Source: a virus
Direction: 5' to 3' (one strand)
Virus record (IMG/VR): IMGVR_UViG_3300029535_000005
Coordinates: 1-59,997 of that record
DNA length: 59,997 nt
The notes under the pieces are model-generated. The model was not told the origin of the DNA. It did not search any database and saw only the letters and a program-made list of their open reading frames with translations. Below, piece after piece: positions 1 through 8,879 of this stretch. Made by a program: the position numbers and the translations under genes. The stretch's first letter is position 1. Each line of letters begins with the position of its first letter.

Positions 1-1
1 G

Positions 2-574
2 GCAACCGGAGACAAGGGAGCATCCTCGGCAACCGGAGACTATGGAGCATCCTCGGCAACCGGATACTGTGGAGCATCCTCGGCAACCGGAGACTATGGA
101 GCATCCTCGGCAACCGGAGACAAGGGAGCATCCTCGGCAACCGGCACCTATGGAGCATCCTCGGCAACCGGAGACTATGGAGCATCCTCGGCAACCGGAG
201 ACTATGGAGCATCCTCGGCAACCGGATACTGTGGAGCATCCTCGGCAACCGGATACTATGGAGCATCCTCGGCAACCGGCACCTGTGGAGCATCCTCGGC
301 AACCGGATACTGTGGAGCATCCTCGGCAGAAGACAAGGATGCAGTAGCTGTTGCTTGGGGTTACAAATCAAAAGCCAAGGGCGTTCTTGGGGCATTTCTT
401 GTTTTTGCAGACTGGGAATACACTGGTTCAGAAGATGATACAGAATATGACAGAAATAACCAGAGTGCATGGGTTCTTAACGGTGCAAAAATGGTGCAGG
501 TTGATGGGGAAAATATCAAGCCGAATACTTGGTATACGATTGAAAATGGAGAGATTGCGGAGGTATCAGAATGA
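2..574 (+). CDS. Repeat protein, C-terminal part. The gene wraps the window junction; its N-terminal part is 59432..59997.
   Basis: Frame 2 is open from base 2 to TGA at 572-574. It is in phase with ATG 59432 once the 72-nt terminal overlap is removed. It translates as GASSATG[D/T/Y][Y/K/C] repeats followed by ...AVAVAWGYKSKAKG...NTWYTIENGEIAEVSE. The stop overlaps the next start (ATGA). Confidence 0.8.
   Translation, partial: ATGDKGASSATGDYGASSATGYCGASSATGDYGASSATGDKGASSATGTYGASSATGDYGASSATGDYGASSATGYCGASSATGYYGASSATGTCGASSATGYCGASSAEDKDAVAVAWGYKSKAKGVLGAFLVFADWEYTGSEDDTEYDRNNQSAWVLNGAKMVQVDGENIKPNTWYTIENGEIAEVSE
17..340 (+). repeat. 27-bp in-frame tandem repeat, 12 units (the last is degenerate). 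It continues the array at 59780..59997.
   Basis: GGAGCATCCTCGGCAACCGG recurs every 27 nt at 17, 44, 71 ... 314. Only the last two codons of each unit vary. Confidence 0.95.
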
Positions 575-1305
575 ATTACATAAAAGCAAAATATCCAAAC
601 CAGAGCCGGTCATATATATTTGCTACATCAGACGATGTAAAAGCCGGAGACATGGTTTTAAATGCCAAGGGCGCAAAGCTGACGGTTACGGATGAATCGG
701 TGGATATGAAGTGGGTGGCAACCTACGGTGCTGATAAGCTGGAGGTTGTGAAGAAATATGAAGATCCGGAAAAACGCTACATCATCGAGCGTGAGTTTGA
801 ACATGCAGGCTACAAATGTGTTGTCATATTTGGAAATGTCGGGCACAGATGCGGTTATGTCGGTATTCCAAAGAATCATCCGTTATACGGAAAAGATTAC
901 GGCGATCACCTTGAAATCAAGAAATCTGATGTTGTAGACAGAGCGGTAAGTGGAATTTTCCCTTTGCTCGGTGCTTGTCTTGACGAGGACGAGAGAATCC
1001 GCATCGAAGCATATTTTTCGTGCCACGGCGGTATTACTTACGCAGGAGGCGGGGATCATTCCGATTATCCGATTGAAAGTGATTTATGGTGGTTTGGATT
1101 TGACTGTGCGCACTATGGAGACGCGGATGATTTGGACCGTGCAATAGATTTGTTTCCAAGTAAAAAGGACATGTATTTGTTAAAGAAAAGGGTAACGAGT
1201 AGATATCCGATTGATGAGGCTGTCATTCGCACGGATGAATATGTCACGGATGAATGCAAGAAGTTAGCGGAACAGTTAAAAGAATTTGAAGAAAGCGAGG
1301 AATAG
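571..1305 (+). CDS. Hypothetical protein with conserved His/Cys/Asp motifs (HRCGYVGIP, CHGGITY, WWFGFDCAHYGD)
   Basis: 244-aa ORF. The ATG overlaps the upstream stop. The motif pattern suggests a metal-binding enzyme, but no family was recognised. Confidence 0.7.
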   Translation: MNYIKAKYPNQSRSYIFATSDDVKAGDMVLNAKGAKLTVTDESVDMKWVATYGADKLEVVKKYEDPEKRYIIEREFEHAGYKCVVIFGNVGHRCGYVGIPKNHPLYGKDYGDHLEIKKSDVVDRAVSGIFPLLGACLDEDERIRIEAYFSCHGGITYAGGGDHSDYPIESDLWWFGFDCAHYGDADDLDRAIDLFPSKKDMYLLKKRVTSRYPIDEAVIRTDEYVTDECKKLAEQLKEFEESEE

Positions 1306-1307
1306 AT

Positions 1308-1463
1308 ATGGTTATCAAAACAAAGAGATTTTATGTAAATAGTAAGTCATGCAAGGTAGAACTTAAGAAAGAGGGTGTTGATTACCTTGTGATAGTTGAC
1401 GGCAATGTGTATGCAAAGACTCCAAACGAGTTGTATGCGGTGCAGAAATTTAACGAGATTTAA
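1308..1463 (+). CDS. Small hypothetical protein (51 aa)
   Basis: The ATG lies 3 nt after the upstream stop, and the ORF fills the gap to the next gene. It is too short for the ORF track. Confidence 0.4.
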   Translation: MVIKTKRFYVNSKSCKVELKKEGVDYLVIVDGNVYAKTPNELYAVQKFNEI

Positions 1464-1484
1464 GGAAAGGACAGGTGAGTAATT

Positions 1485-2600
1485 ATGGCAGAAAACACAG
1501 CAGTAGCAAAGGCAGAGGAAAAGACAGAAATGAATACGCAGCTTTCCTACTATGCAAACCAGTACACAGGGCTTATGGAGCGTGACTTCGAAGAGCATGG
1601 ACTTGTGTTTGATGATTATTCCAAGCAGTGCGCTATGGCATCTATGAGCGCGATTTACAACCTTGTTACATCCAACAAAGCCACTATGAGCAACTTGAAT
1701 GGTTCTAATTTGAGACAGGTTATCGGGCAGGTATCAAGCCTTAAACTTAACGCCAATGCTGTACCAAGAGAGTGTTATTTCCAATTGAGAAGCAAGCAGG
1801 ACGCAAACGGAAACTGGTACAAGGAAGTAGAAATGGGAATCGAAGGAGACGGAAACGATGCGCTTCTTCGCAACTTTGGTGTTGATGTTAAAAAAGTATA
1901 TCCGGTATGGCTTGTGAAAGAAGGGGATGAGTTTACATATCCGAAGCACAGAGGCGTTGAAGTTACGCCGCCGGAGTGGGAAGAAAAAGGATTGTCACAG
2001 AAAGTAATCCGTGTTGTTTATCCTGTTGAAATGAATGATGGAAAAATCGAGTACATGATTGCAGAGCGTGAAAGCGTAAAAGGAAATCTTTTCGCTCATG
2101 TCCGTAATAATCTTTTGAATGAAACTTTCGGTTTACTTGGAACAAAAAAAGATAAGAGTGGAAAGGTTGTACCCAGAACGAGATATGATGCTACGGATGA
2201 AGAAAAGAAAGCTATCGCAGAAAAGAAAAATGAAATTCTGAAAGCACTTTTAGGCTGTAAGACTATTGAAGATATGCTCGCCTGTGAAGTTGCGAAACCA
2301 TATATGAGTGCTGCATGGCTTGATACATCGGAATCCATGATTGTTCGTAAGATGCGTAACAATGCAATCAAAAAGCATCCAAAAGACCTTAATGCTATTG
2401 CAAAACAGTCTCTTATGCAGATGGATGAAACTTATCAGCAGACACAGGAAGAAATTGCGGAAAATGCCAATACAGAGGATTTTCCTGTTGAGCCGGAAGT
2501 TGCAGAAACTGTGGAAGACCCAAAGATGGCAGATAAACCGGAAAAGGTAGAGACGGAAGTTGTTGAGAATGACAACGATTTGCCGGACTTCATGAAGTAG
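1485..2600 (+). CDS. Putative single-strand annealing protein (RecT-like), with an acidic C-terminal tail
   Basis: 371 aa with RBS GGACAGGTGAG upstream. The central region (VPRECYF...GIEGDGNDALL...VWLVKEGDEFTY) has RecT-like layout. It sits in a module with an MBL hydrolase, SSB and a nuclease. Confidence 0.5.
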   Translation: MAENTAVAKAEEKTEMNTQLSYYANQYTGLMERDFEEHGLVFDDYSKQCAMASMSAIYNLVTSNKATMSNLNGSNLRQVIGQVSSLKLNANAVPRECYFQLRSKQDANGNWYKEVEMGIEGDGNDALLRNFGVDVKKVYPVWLVKEGDEFTYPKHRGVEVTPPEWEEKGLSQKVIRVVYPVEMNDGKIEYMIAERESVKGNLFAHVRNNLLNETFGLLGTKKDKSGKVVPRTRYDATDEEKKAIAEKKNEILKALLGCKTIEDMLACEVAKPYMSAAWLDTSESMIVRKMRNNAIKKHPKDLNAIAKQSLMQMDETYQQTQEEIAENANTEDFPVEPEVAETVEDPKMADKPEKVETEVVENDNDLPDFMK

Positions 2601-2609
2601 GGGGATAGA

Positions 2610-3200
2610 ATGAACTTTCCAAAATCTGAATTGAGTAAGCAGGATGCATTGCACCTATGGATTACTTGCCGTTCGGAGTATGCCAAGGAGCAAATGATTC
2701 TTTGCAACTATGGGATTGTTTTTTCGGTTATGAAGAATTTAAGCATTCCTTTGACTGACGAAGATATGTTTCAGACGGGAATCATCGGACTGTTAAAGGC
2801 GATAAATACTTTTGATGCTTCTAAGGGATATTCATTTTCAACCTATGCATTTCCGATTGTGAGAAATGAACTACTCTTGGTATTTCGTAAAAGCAAAAGG
2901 TCAGTAAAGGTAGCATTCTCACTGGATGATAACGTGGACACCGGAAATTGTGAGAGCGTTCCCTATGCGGAAATGATTCCAGACGGCAAAGATTATGAGG
3001 AAAATGTAGTGAATCTTATGCTTGCTCAGCAGATTTTTGAAAGGTTGGGTTCAAGGGAAAAACATATTTTTACCATGTTCTTTATCGAGAATAGAACGCA
3101 ATCTGAAATATCCGAAGCACTTGGAATTTCACAATCCTATATTTCAAGGATTATTAAAGGAATAGGAAAAATAAAAAAGAAAGGAAGAAAAGCCAAATGA
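2610..3200 (+). CDS. RNA polymerase sigma factor, sigma-70 family (group 3, SigF/G-like)
   Basis: Region 2 motif GIIGLLKAINTFDASKGYSFSTYAFPIVRNEL. Region 4 HTH motif RTQSEISEALGISQSYISRIIKG. Confidence 0.85.
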   Translation: MNFPKSELSKQDALHLWITCRSEYAKEQMILCNYGIVFSVMKNLSIPLTDEDMFQTGIIGLLKAINTFDASKGYSFSTYAFPIVRNELLLVFRKSKRSVKVAFSLDDNVDTGNCESVPYAEMIPDGKDYEENVVNLMLAQQIFERLGSREKHIFTMFFIENRTQSEISEALGISQSYISRIIKGIGKIKKKGRKAK

Positions 3201-3484
3201 GAGTTATTAGCCAGGACGGCACGATTGATTTGCCGTATGAACAGGTAATTATTACGAGACACGATAAAAGCATTTACTTAATGGAACATCTTACTGAGGA
3301 CGTTGAAATTGCTAAATATTCCACGGAAGAAAAAGCAAAAGAAGCCATGGAAGAATTAAGAATGGCTTATATGTGCCATAATCTTGTAAAGATGGGGCAG
3401 ACACCGCCAGATGGAATTGACGAAAAACTTACTATGGGTTTGAGTGGAGTATTTGAGTTTCCGGCGGATGAAGGATTGGAGTAG
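3197..3484 (+). CDS. Hypothetical protein
   Basis: 95-aa ORF, translationally coupled to the upstream gene (ATGA overlap). Confidence 0.6.
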   Translation: MRVISQDGTIDLPYEQVIITRHDKSIYLMEHLTEDVEIAKYSTEEKAKEAMEELRMAYMCHNLVKMGQTPPDGIDEKLTMGLSGVFEFPADEGLE

Positions 3485-3487
3485 CAT

Positions 3488-3886
3488 ATGGAAGTTATAT
3501 CATTTTTAGAATCCGTACAGAAAGGAATGGAAGATAACATTTACAACTTTTGCAGAGATGGGAAATGTAGCCAATGCGGTAACTGCTGTTCCAATCTTTT
3601 ACCAATGAGCAGAAAGGAAGTAGATGCAATTCACAGATATATCCGTAAGAACCATATCAAAGAGTGTAGGCACCTGCTTCCTACTGTGAATCGACCATAT
3701 GATATGACATGCCCTTTTCTTGATACGGACAAGAGTTGTGAGAAATGCAGAATCTATCCGGTACGACCGGAAATCTGCAAACAGTTCATTTGCGACAATG
3801 AGCAGAGAGCAAAGCACAATAGGACATTGTTGGGACAGACGAGACAGATTATTGATGTGAGGAGTGAGTTCTTTAATGAGACTTAA
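3488..3886 (+). CDS. YkgJ-type cysteine-cluster (CxxCxxCC) zinc/iron-chelating domain protein
   Basis: CSQCGNCCSN ... CPFLD ... CRIYPVRPEICKQF pattern. Confidence 0.8.
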   Translation: MEVISFLESVQKGMEDNIYNFCRDGKCSQCGNCCSNLLPMSRKEVDAIHRYIRKNHIKECRHLLPTVNRPYDMTCPFLDTDKSCEKCRIYPVRPEICKQFICDNEQRAKHNRTLLGQTRQIIDVRSEFFNET

Positions 3887-4601
3887 AGTTTTAGGTTCTG
3901 GTTCATCCGGTAATTGCTACATGCTGGAGAATGACAAGGAAGCTTTGATAATCGAAGCCGGGTTGCCTTTTATGGAAGTCAAGAAAGCACTGGATTTCAA
4001 TGTGATGAAAATTAAGGCTGTGATTACTACCCATTTCCATACTGACCATAGTCTTTATAGCTTACAATATGTGCAAGCTGGCATTCCTGTTTTTGAACCA
4101 TGCAGACCGCCGATAAAAGATTCTGAAATGCGTTTTAGAAAAGGAAATTTTGACATAAGAGCATTTGAAAATCGTGATAAATCTGGAAGATGGCTACATA
4201 ACAACGGAGACGGTTCAGAGTGTCCGTGCGTTGGGTTTTACATTACGCATCCAGAGATGGGAAGTCTTGTGTATGCAACAGACACGGAATACGTCAGATG
4301 GCGATTTAATGGTGTTAATCACATCATGGTGGAAGCCAACTACGATATGCAGTTTGTGAACCGAGAAGAACCAAATTACGAGCACAGATTAAGAGGTCAT
4401 ATGAGTTTACTAACGGCACTTGACTTTATTTCTACTAACGATAATCCGGCATTGCGAAATGTCGTTCTAATTCACTTATCAGATAAAAGCGGAGATCCCG
4501 CACTATTCAAACAAAAGACAGAAGAAACAGTTAAATATGGATCAGATGTTTACGTGGCGGAACGTGGATTAGAGGTTGATATGAACCTTTACCCGTTTTA
4601 A
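3876..4601 (+). CDS. MBL-fold metallo-hydrolase
   Basis: MRLKVLGSGSSGNCY N-terminus and the HxHxDH motif (HFHTDH). ATG 3876 lies 11 nt after AGGAG; the track's GTG 3864 is less likely. Confidence 0.85.
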   Translation: MRLKVLGSGSSGNCYMLENDKEALIIEAGLPFMEVKKALDFNVMKIKAVITTHFHTDHSLYSLQYVQAGIPVFEPCRPPIKDSEMRFRKGNFDIRAFENRDKSGRWLHNNGDGSECPCVGFYITHPEMGSLVYATDTEYVRWRFNGVNHIMVEANYDMQFVNREEPNYEHRLRGHMSLLTALDFISTNDNPALRNVVLIHLSDKSGDPALFKQKTEETVKYGSDVYVAERGLEVDMNLYPF

Positions 4602-4620
4602 GGAAGCGAGGAATAAGTGA

Positions 4621-5043
4621 ATGAATAAAGTGATTTTAATGGGAAGATGCACCAAAGACCCGGAAGTAAGATGGTCGCAGGGCGAGAAGTCAACAGCTAT
4701 CGGTAGAATTACTCTGGCGGTTGACCGAAAATTTAAGCAGGATGGACAGCCAACGGCAGATTATATCTATTGCCTTGCGTTTGGTAAAAGAGCAGAGTTC
4801 CTTGAAAAATATTGCAAAAAGGGAACAAAGCTTGTAATTGAAGGAAGCTGGCAGACCGGAAGTTACACCAACAAAGACGGTAATAAGGTGTACACCAATG
4901 AGTGTTTGATCGAAAGCTGTGAATTTGCAGAGAGCAAACAGGCTTCGCAGGACAACGGAAGTTACAAACCGCAGCCTATGACAGATTCGGATGGTTTTAT
5001 GGATATTCCGGATGGAATTGAGGAAGAGTTGCCTTTTACTTAA
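4621..5043 (+). CDS. ssb: Single-stranded DNA-binding protein
   Basis: OB-fold N-terminus MNKVILMGRCTKDPEVR and an acidic tail ending in DGIEEELPFT. Confidence 0.9.
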   Translation: MNKVILMGRCTKDPEVRWSQGEKSTAIGRITLAVDRKFKQDGQPTADYIYCLAFGKRAEFLEKYCKKGTKLVIEGSWQTGSYTNKDGNKVYTNECLIESCEFAESKQASQDNGSYKPQPMTDSDGFMDIPDGIEEELPFT

Positions 5044-5079
5044 TAATGACTCGGATAAATCAATGGAAGGGAGATATGT

Positions 5080-5673
5080 ATGTTATTGATCGAGGACAAA
5101 GGCCAGAAAGAGGGTCAGCACATACTTAAGAATCGCTATTTTGATCGTAATGACATAGAGGTGCTACGAGCACCTCTTCCAGTTGGAGATTATGTTATCG
5201 CGGAAGAAACCGTTCTTGACGTTATAAGACGAAAGTCAGCAAGAAAGATGGAAGTTAAGAAGATGGACTTTATTGGAAGCTACAAGGTTGCCGTAGATAC
5301 TAAGAAGGACATGCAGGAGATTACGGGAAACGTCTGCGGAAAACAGCATCCAAGGTTCCGAGACGAGTGTATTTTGGCGCAGAACAACAATATAGCACTG
5401 TATGTTTTGGTTGAGAACATGGATGGAATAAAAACTATTGAAGACGTTTTTCATTGGCACAATCCAAGGCTTGAGAGATACAACAAGATAAAGTACATGC
5501 ACGGCATTGGAAAGTGGTTGAATGTACCGCTTCCAAAGGCACCGCCAACAAGCGGGGAAGTCCTTGGAAAAGCAATGCTGACAATGCAGATTAAGTACGG
5601 CGTGGAATTTGTTTTTTGCAGACCGGAAGATGCAGGATCGCGTGTCATTGAGCTTTTGGAAGTAGAAAAGTGA
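5080..5673 (+). CDS. Putative ERCC4-type nuclease or junction resolvase
   Basis: GDY ... VAVDTKKD ... layout resembles the ERCC4 GDxn-ERKxxxD core. Recombination-module context. Confidence 0.5.
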   Translation: MLLIEDKGQKEGQHILKNRYFDRNDIEVLRAPLPVGDYVIAEETVLDVIRRKSARKMEVKKMDFIGSYKVAVDTKKDMQEITGNVCGKQHPRFRDECILAQNNNIALYVLVENMDGIKTIEDVFHWHNPRLERYNKIKYMHGIGKWLNVPLPKAPPTSGEVLGKAMLTMQIKYGVEFVFCRPEDAGSRVIELLEVEK

Positions 5674-5701
5674 TAATTTTTTGGAACTTGAAGGAGATAT
5701 T

Positions 5702-6403
5702 ATGGCAAGTAAGCGGATGTTTCGTATAGATTTAGTGACGTCAGATGCTTTTCTTGACATGCCGCTCACAGCGCAGGGGTTGTTTTTTCATTTATGCATA
5801 CGGGCAGATGACGACGGTTTTGTTGACTGCGCCAATAAAACAGTAAGAGAGTGCCAGGCTTCAAAGGAAGACTTGCAAATTCTCATTGACAAACATTATG
5901 TTCTTACTTTTCCAGGATCTAATGTTATTGTCATAAAACATTGGAAATTACATAACTGCATTCAAAAAGACCGTTATAAGCCAACCAATTATGCAGAAGA
6001 AAAATCAATGCTTTATACGAAAAGAAATGGCGCATACACATTCGATGCTTCAAAAAATTTTTCTGGAGTGAATGCAATAAGGAGCGCAGGAAGCTCGCCG
6101 GGGAAAGAAGTGGAAGCGTGCATACCGTCATTGGCGGAAGTGGCTGATTATTGCCGTAAGAGGAAGAATGGTGTTAGCGCAGAATCATTTATTGATTACT
6201 ACAAATCAATAGGTTGGAAACGTAATGGAGAAATAATAACCGACTGGAAAGCCGCATTAAGGAGTTGGGAGAAGCAGGAAAAAGAGAGTAACCCAAGATC
6301 AAAAAACAAATTTAATAACTTTCATCAGAGATCTTATGACTATGATGAATTAGAAAAAACTTTGGTGGAGACAAATGTTAGGGAAGGGCGTGATAAGAAA
6401 TGA
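5702..6403 (+). CDS. Phage replisome organizer (N-terminal replisome-organizer domain plus a DnaD-like C-terminal region)
   Basis: MASKRMFRIDLVTSDAFLDMPLTAQGLFFHLCIRADDDGFV is typical of this family. ATG 5702 follows GAAGGAG. Confidence 0.75.
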   Translation: MASKRMFRIDLVTSDAFLDMPLTAQGLFFHLCIRADDDGFVDCANKTVRECQASKEDLQILIDKHYVLTFPGSNVIVIKHWKLHNCIQKDRYKPTNYAEEKSMLYTKRNGAYTFDASKNFSGVNAIRSAGSSPGKEVEACIPSLAEVADYCRKRKNGVSAESFIDYYKSIGWKRNGEIITDWKAALRSWEKQEKESNPRSKNKFNNFHQRSYDYDELEKTLVETNVREGRDKK

Positions 6404-6711
6404 TGGAAATGGGCGAATACGAAATTTGCAACAGGTACCGACATGCAAAGCATAAAGGTGAACAGTTGGAGATTCTTGCGGAACTAAACGACGTCCCAAG
6501 GCACAAAATTATTGGAATTTTATTGGAAAACGGAGAAAATGTAAAACTTCCAATAAGAACAAGGGGAAGAAAACGCAATACGGATTTTACAGAAAAAGAA
6601 TACCAGAAAGCATTACTTAATAGGCTCGATGAATTGGATGGTCAAATTTCTGATCGTGAAAATGAATTCAAAGATATATGCACAGTTCTTTTTGGAACTC
6701 GATTCGATTGA
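6400..6711 (+). CDS. Hypothetical protein
   Basis: 103-aa ORF overlapping the upstream stop (ATGA). Confidence 0.55.
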   Translation: MMEMGEYEICNRYRHAKHKGEQLEILAELNDVPRHKIIGILLENGENVKLPIRTRGRKRNTDFTEKEYQKALLNRLDELDGQISDRENEFKDICTVLFGTRFD

Positions 6712-6736
6712 GATGAAAAGAAAGGAGAACTGATTC

Positions 6737-7132
6737 ATGAGAAATAAAGATGAAGAACTTAGGCGAGAGGGAATGGCATATGCTCTGCGAATTGCAAAGG
6801 AGAATGGAATTGACTCTCTGGAAGAAGAGTGCCGATTTCGCGGAGCAACAAAATTACCACTTGCGCTACCAAAGAATGCAATAGATGAATGCGTCAGCAA
6901 GATTAAATTAAATACCATAGACACGGTAACGATTTTGTCTGCAATGGTTTTGCACGATGAGTTTGACTTTGGTAAAAGCCGCATACAGAGATTTGTTGAT
7001 CGCTTCAATAAAAAGGCAGAATGCATCATGGATGATTATGCTACATGGGAAGATCAGATACAGATCTTGAAAGAAGAGTGTGGGTTGGATTTTAAAATTC
7101 GCAGAAATGACACTGATGTGAAAGTGAGATAA
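6737..7132 (+). CDS. Hypothetical protein
   Basis: 131-aa ORF with RBS AAAGGAGAA upstream. Confidence 0.6.
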   Translation: MRNKDEELRREGMAYALRIAKENGIDSLEEECRFRGATKLPLALPKNAIDECVSKIKLNTIDTVTILSAMVLHDEFDFGKSRIQRFVDRFNKKAECIMDDYATWEDQIQILKEECGLDFKIRRNDTDVKVR

Positions 7133-7228
7133 AGGTATGAAAGAAAAAATGCGCAACGATAGCGTCGACGCGCTTAAGAGATTCAGAGAGGTGCCGTATC
7201 AGTTGCGGTACGGGAAGGAGCAGGGGAA

Positions 7229-7690
7229 ATGATTGAATGCATGAGAACGGATGCAAAGAAGCCGGAGCCTGAGGAGTGGATTTTGAAGGAATATTTATTC
7301 CGCGGGGAGCGGAGAGATGACAGGGAATGGGTGGAAGGATTTTTGTTTGTGGTAAATGATGTCCCATACATCTTGCCACATCACAACACAGGGCAACCAA
7401 TACACGCAGATAACTTGCTGAAAACAGCTGTCGAAGTGCTGAAAGATACCGTTTGCCGATGTACAGGGCAATACGATAAGAACGGAAAACTGATTTGGGA
7501 GGACGATATTGTTAAGTGCGGGAACACAACAGAGCTTGTTGGTTGGGATCAAAATTTTGCAAGCTGGCGTCTGCCCAAAAGAGGATGGTTCTACCGCCAT
7601 ATTTACGGGGATGCTTACAGTTCAGAGGATTGTGAGGTTATCGGAAACATATTTGACAATCTTGATCGTTTGGATGACGACGATGAATGA
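7229..7690 (+). CDS. YopX family protein
   Basis: EYLFRGERRDDREWVEGFL ... CTGQYDKNGKLIWEDDIV ... EVIGNIFDN. Confidence 0.8.
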   Translation: MIECMRTDAKKPEPEEWILKEYLFRGERRDDREWVEGFLFVVNDVPYILPHHNTGQPIHADNLLKTAVEVLKDTVCRCTGQYDKNGKLIWEDDIVKCGNTTELVGWDQNFASWRLPKRGWFYRHIYGDAYSSEDCEVIGNIFDNLDRLDDDDE

Positions 7691-7704
7691 TTTCCTGAAA
7701 TTTT

Positions 7705-7875
7705 TTGATTTTATACGGGAATTTTACGCTTCCGGACATCGGCAGATATGAAGTTGATAAGGACGGGAACGGTGCATTTTATCCTGGAGATGAGGATAGA
7801 AGTTGTGCGTCATTCGAGTTATTTGTGAACGCGTGGATGCCGCTGCCGAAACCATACAGAGAAAGCGAGGCATGA
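7705..7875 (+). CDS. Possible small protein (TTG start), C-terminus ...CASFELFVNAWMPLPKPYRESEA
   Basis: Frame 1 is open from 7699 to TGA at 7873-7875, ending 1 nt before the next ATG. The start codon is uncertain. Confidence 0.3.
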   Translation: MILYGNFTLPDIGRYEVDKDGNGAFYPGDEDRSCASFELFVNAWMPLPKPYRESEA

Positions 7876-7876
7876 T

Positions 7877-8083
7877 ATGAAAGAAGAAACGAAGATGGAG
7901 ATAAGCGCGGCACTAACGCTATTAAAAAACACACTGATAAAAAATGGTGTAAGCATTGCACTTGCCGGAAGTGAAGATGCTGGGAAAGATGATGGTCGCA
8001 TTCTGTTTTTTGATACGGATGAATATTACAGAACCGGGAAAATGGATGGAGTATCAGTAAAAACCGTGGATTTAGTGAGGTAG
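7877..8083 (+). CDS. Hypothetical protein
   Basis: 68-aa ORF, tightly packed with its neighbours. Confidence 0.5.
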   Translation: MKEETKMEISAALTLLKNTLIKNGVSIALAGSEDAGKDDGRILFFDTDEYYRTGKMDGVSVKTVDLVR

Positions 8084-8087
8084 AAAT

Positions 8088-8501
8088 ATGATGGAGTGTA
8101 TGAAAAGCATGGCGAAGAAACCAAAGGACGAACGTATTAAGGTTTCAGACTTAGAAATTATCGTAACAATGATGAATAAAGATCCGTATTATGAAATCAA
8201 GTACAAGGAAATCGGAGAGGATTATTATCATGTTGGCTACAGTTCCTATAAGCTAGAAAATGTTTTAGCTTGGAAGGATGAGTGCTTTGAGATTGTGAAA
8301 GAATGCAGACCGCAGACCAATGCAGACCGGATCCGGAGCATGACGGACGAGGAGTTGGCAGAGTTTTTGCCAATAGCTTCCAACTTTATCTGTCAGCCTA
8401 CGGAAGAATGTATAAGAAATACCGTTACGAATCATTGCGGAGAGTGTGAAAGAACGGAAGAATGCGCAATGAAGTGGCTTAAGGCGGAGAGTGAGGAATA
8501 G
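8088..8501 (+). CDS. Hypothetical protein
   Basis: 137-aa ORF. Confidence 0.6.
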   Translation: MMECMKSMAKKPKDERIKVSDLEIIVTMMNKDPYYEIKYKEIGEDYYHVGYSSYKLENVLAWKDECFEIVKECRPQTNADRIRSMTDEELAEFLPIASNFICQPTEECIRNTVTNHCGECERTEECAMKWLKAESEE

Positions 8502-8502
8502 C

Positions 8503-8877
8503 ATGGAGAATAGATATTTATCCCGTGGAAAGCGGATTGATAATGGCGAATGGGTGGAAGGATGTTATGTGCTCATAGACAACCACTGCTACATATATAC
8601 AGGTTCTTTGTGTAATGGCGGTTTATATGTTGTTGCCGAAAGATTTGAAATCCAGATTGATACATTATGCCAGTGTACCGGATATGAGGGAATCTATGAG
8701 AATGATATCTTCCGGTATGAAGATGAAGATTTCGTTATCAAATGGTCAGATGATTCATTGAGTTGGGAAGCCGTATCCATATTTACTGCTGAAAGCGTTT
8801 CCTTGGCAGAGTTCAATCCGGATTATATAGATGTCATTGGAAATGAGATTGACAATCCGGAACTGTTGGAGGTGTAG
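8503..8877 (+). CDS. YopX family protein (second paralogue)
   Basis: RYLSRGKRIDNGEWVEGCYV ... CTGYEGIYENDIF ... VIGNEIDNPELL. ATG 8503 is preferred over GTG 8491. Confidence 0.75.
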   Translation: MENRYLSRGKRIDNGEWVEGCYVLIDNHCYIYTGSLCNGGLYVVAERFEIQIDTLCQCTGYEGIYENDIFRYEDEDFVIKWSDDSLSWEAVSIFTAESVSLAEFNPDYIDVIGNEIDNPELLEV

Positions 8878-8879
8878 GG

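Noticed and set aside
1-340. Possible CRISPR array, suggested by the regular short repeats at both window ends
   Set aside because: The units are directly abutting 27-mers with no spacers. They are in frame within a protein, and variation is restricted to two codons. There are no cas genes.
42-347. 101-aa ORF (MEHPRQPDTVEHPRQ...) in the track, plus the mirror ORFs 59715..59984 and 59590..59829 on the minus strand
   Set aside because: These are alternative frames of the 27-bp tandem repeat, which is open in several frames by construction. Only frame 2 connects an RBS-linked ATG (59432), an N-terminal domain, the repeats and a C-terminal domain ending at a stop coupled to the next gene.
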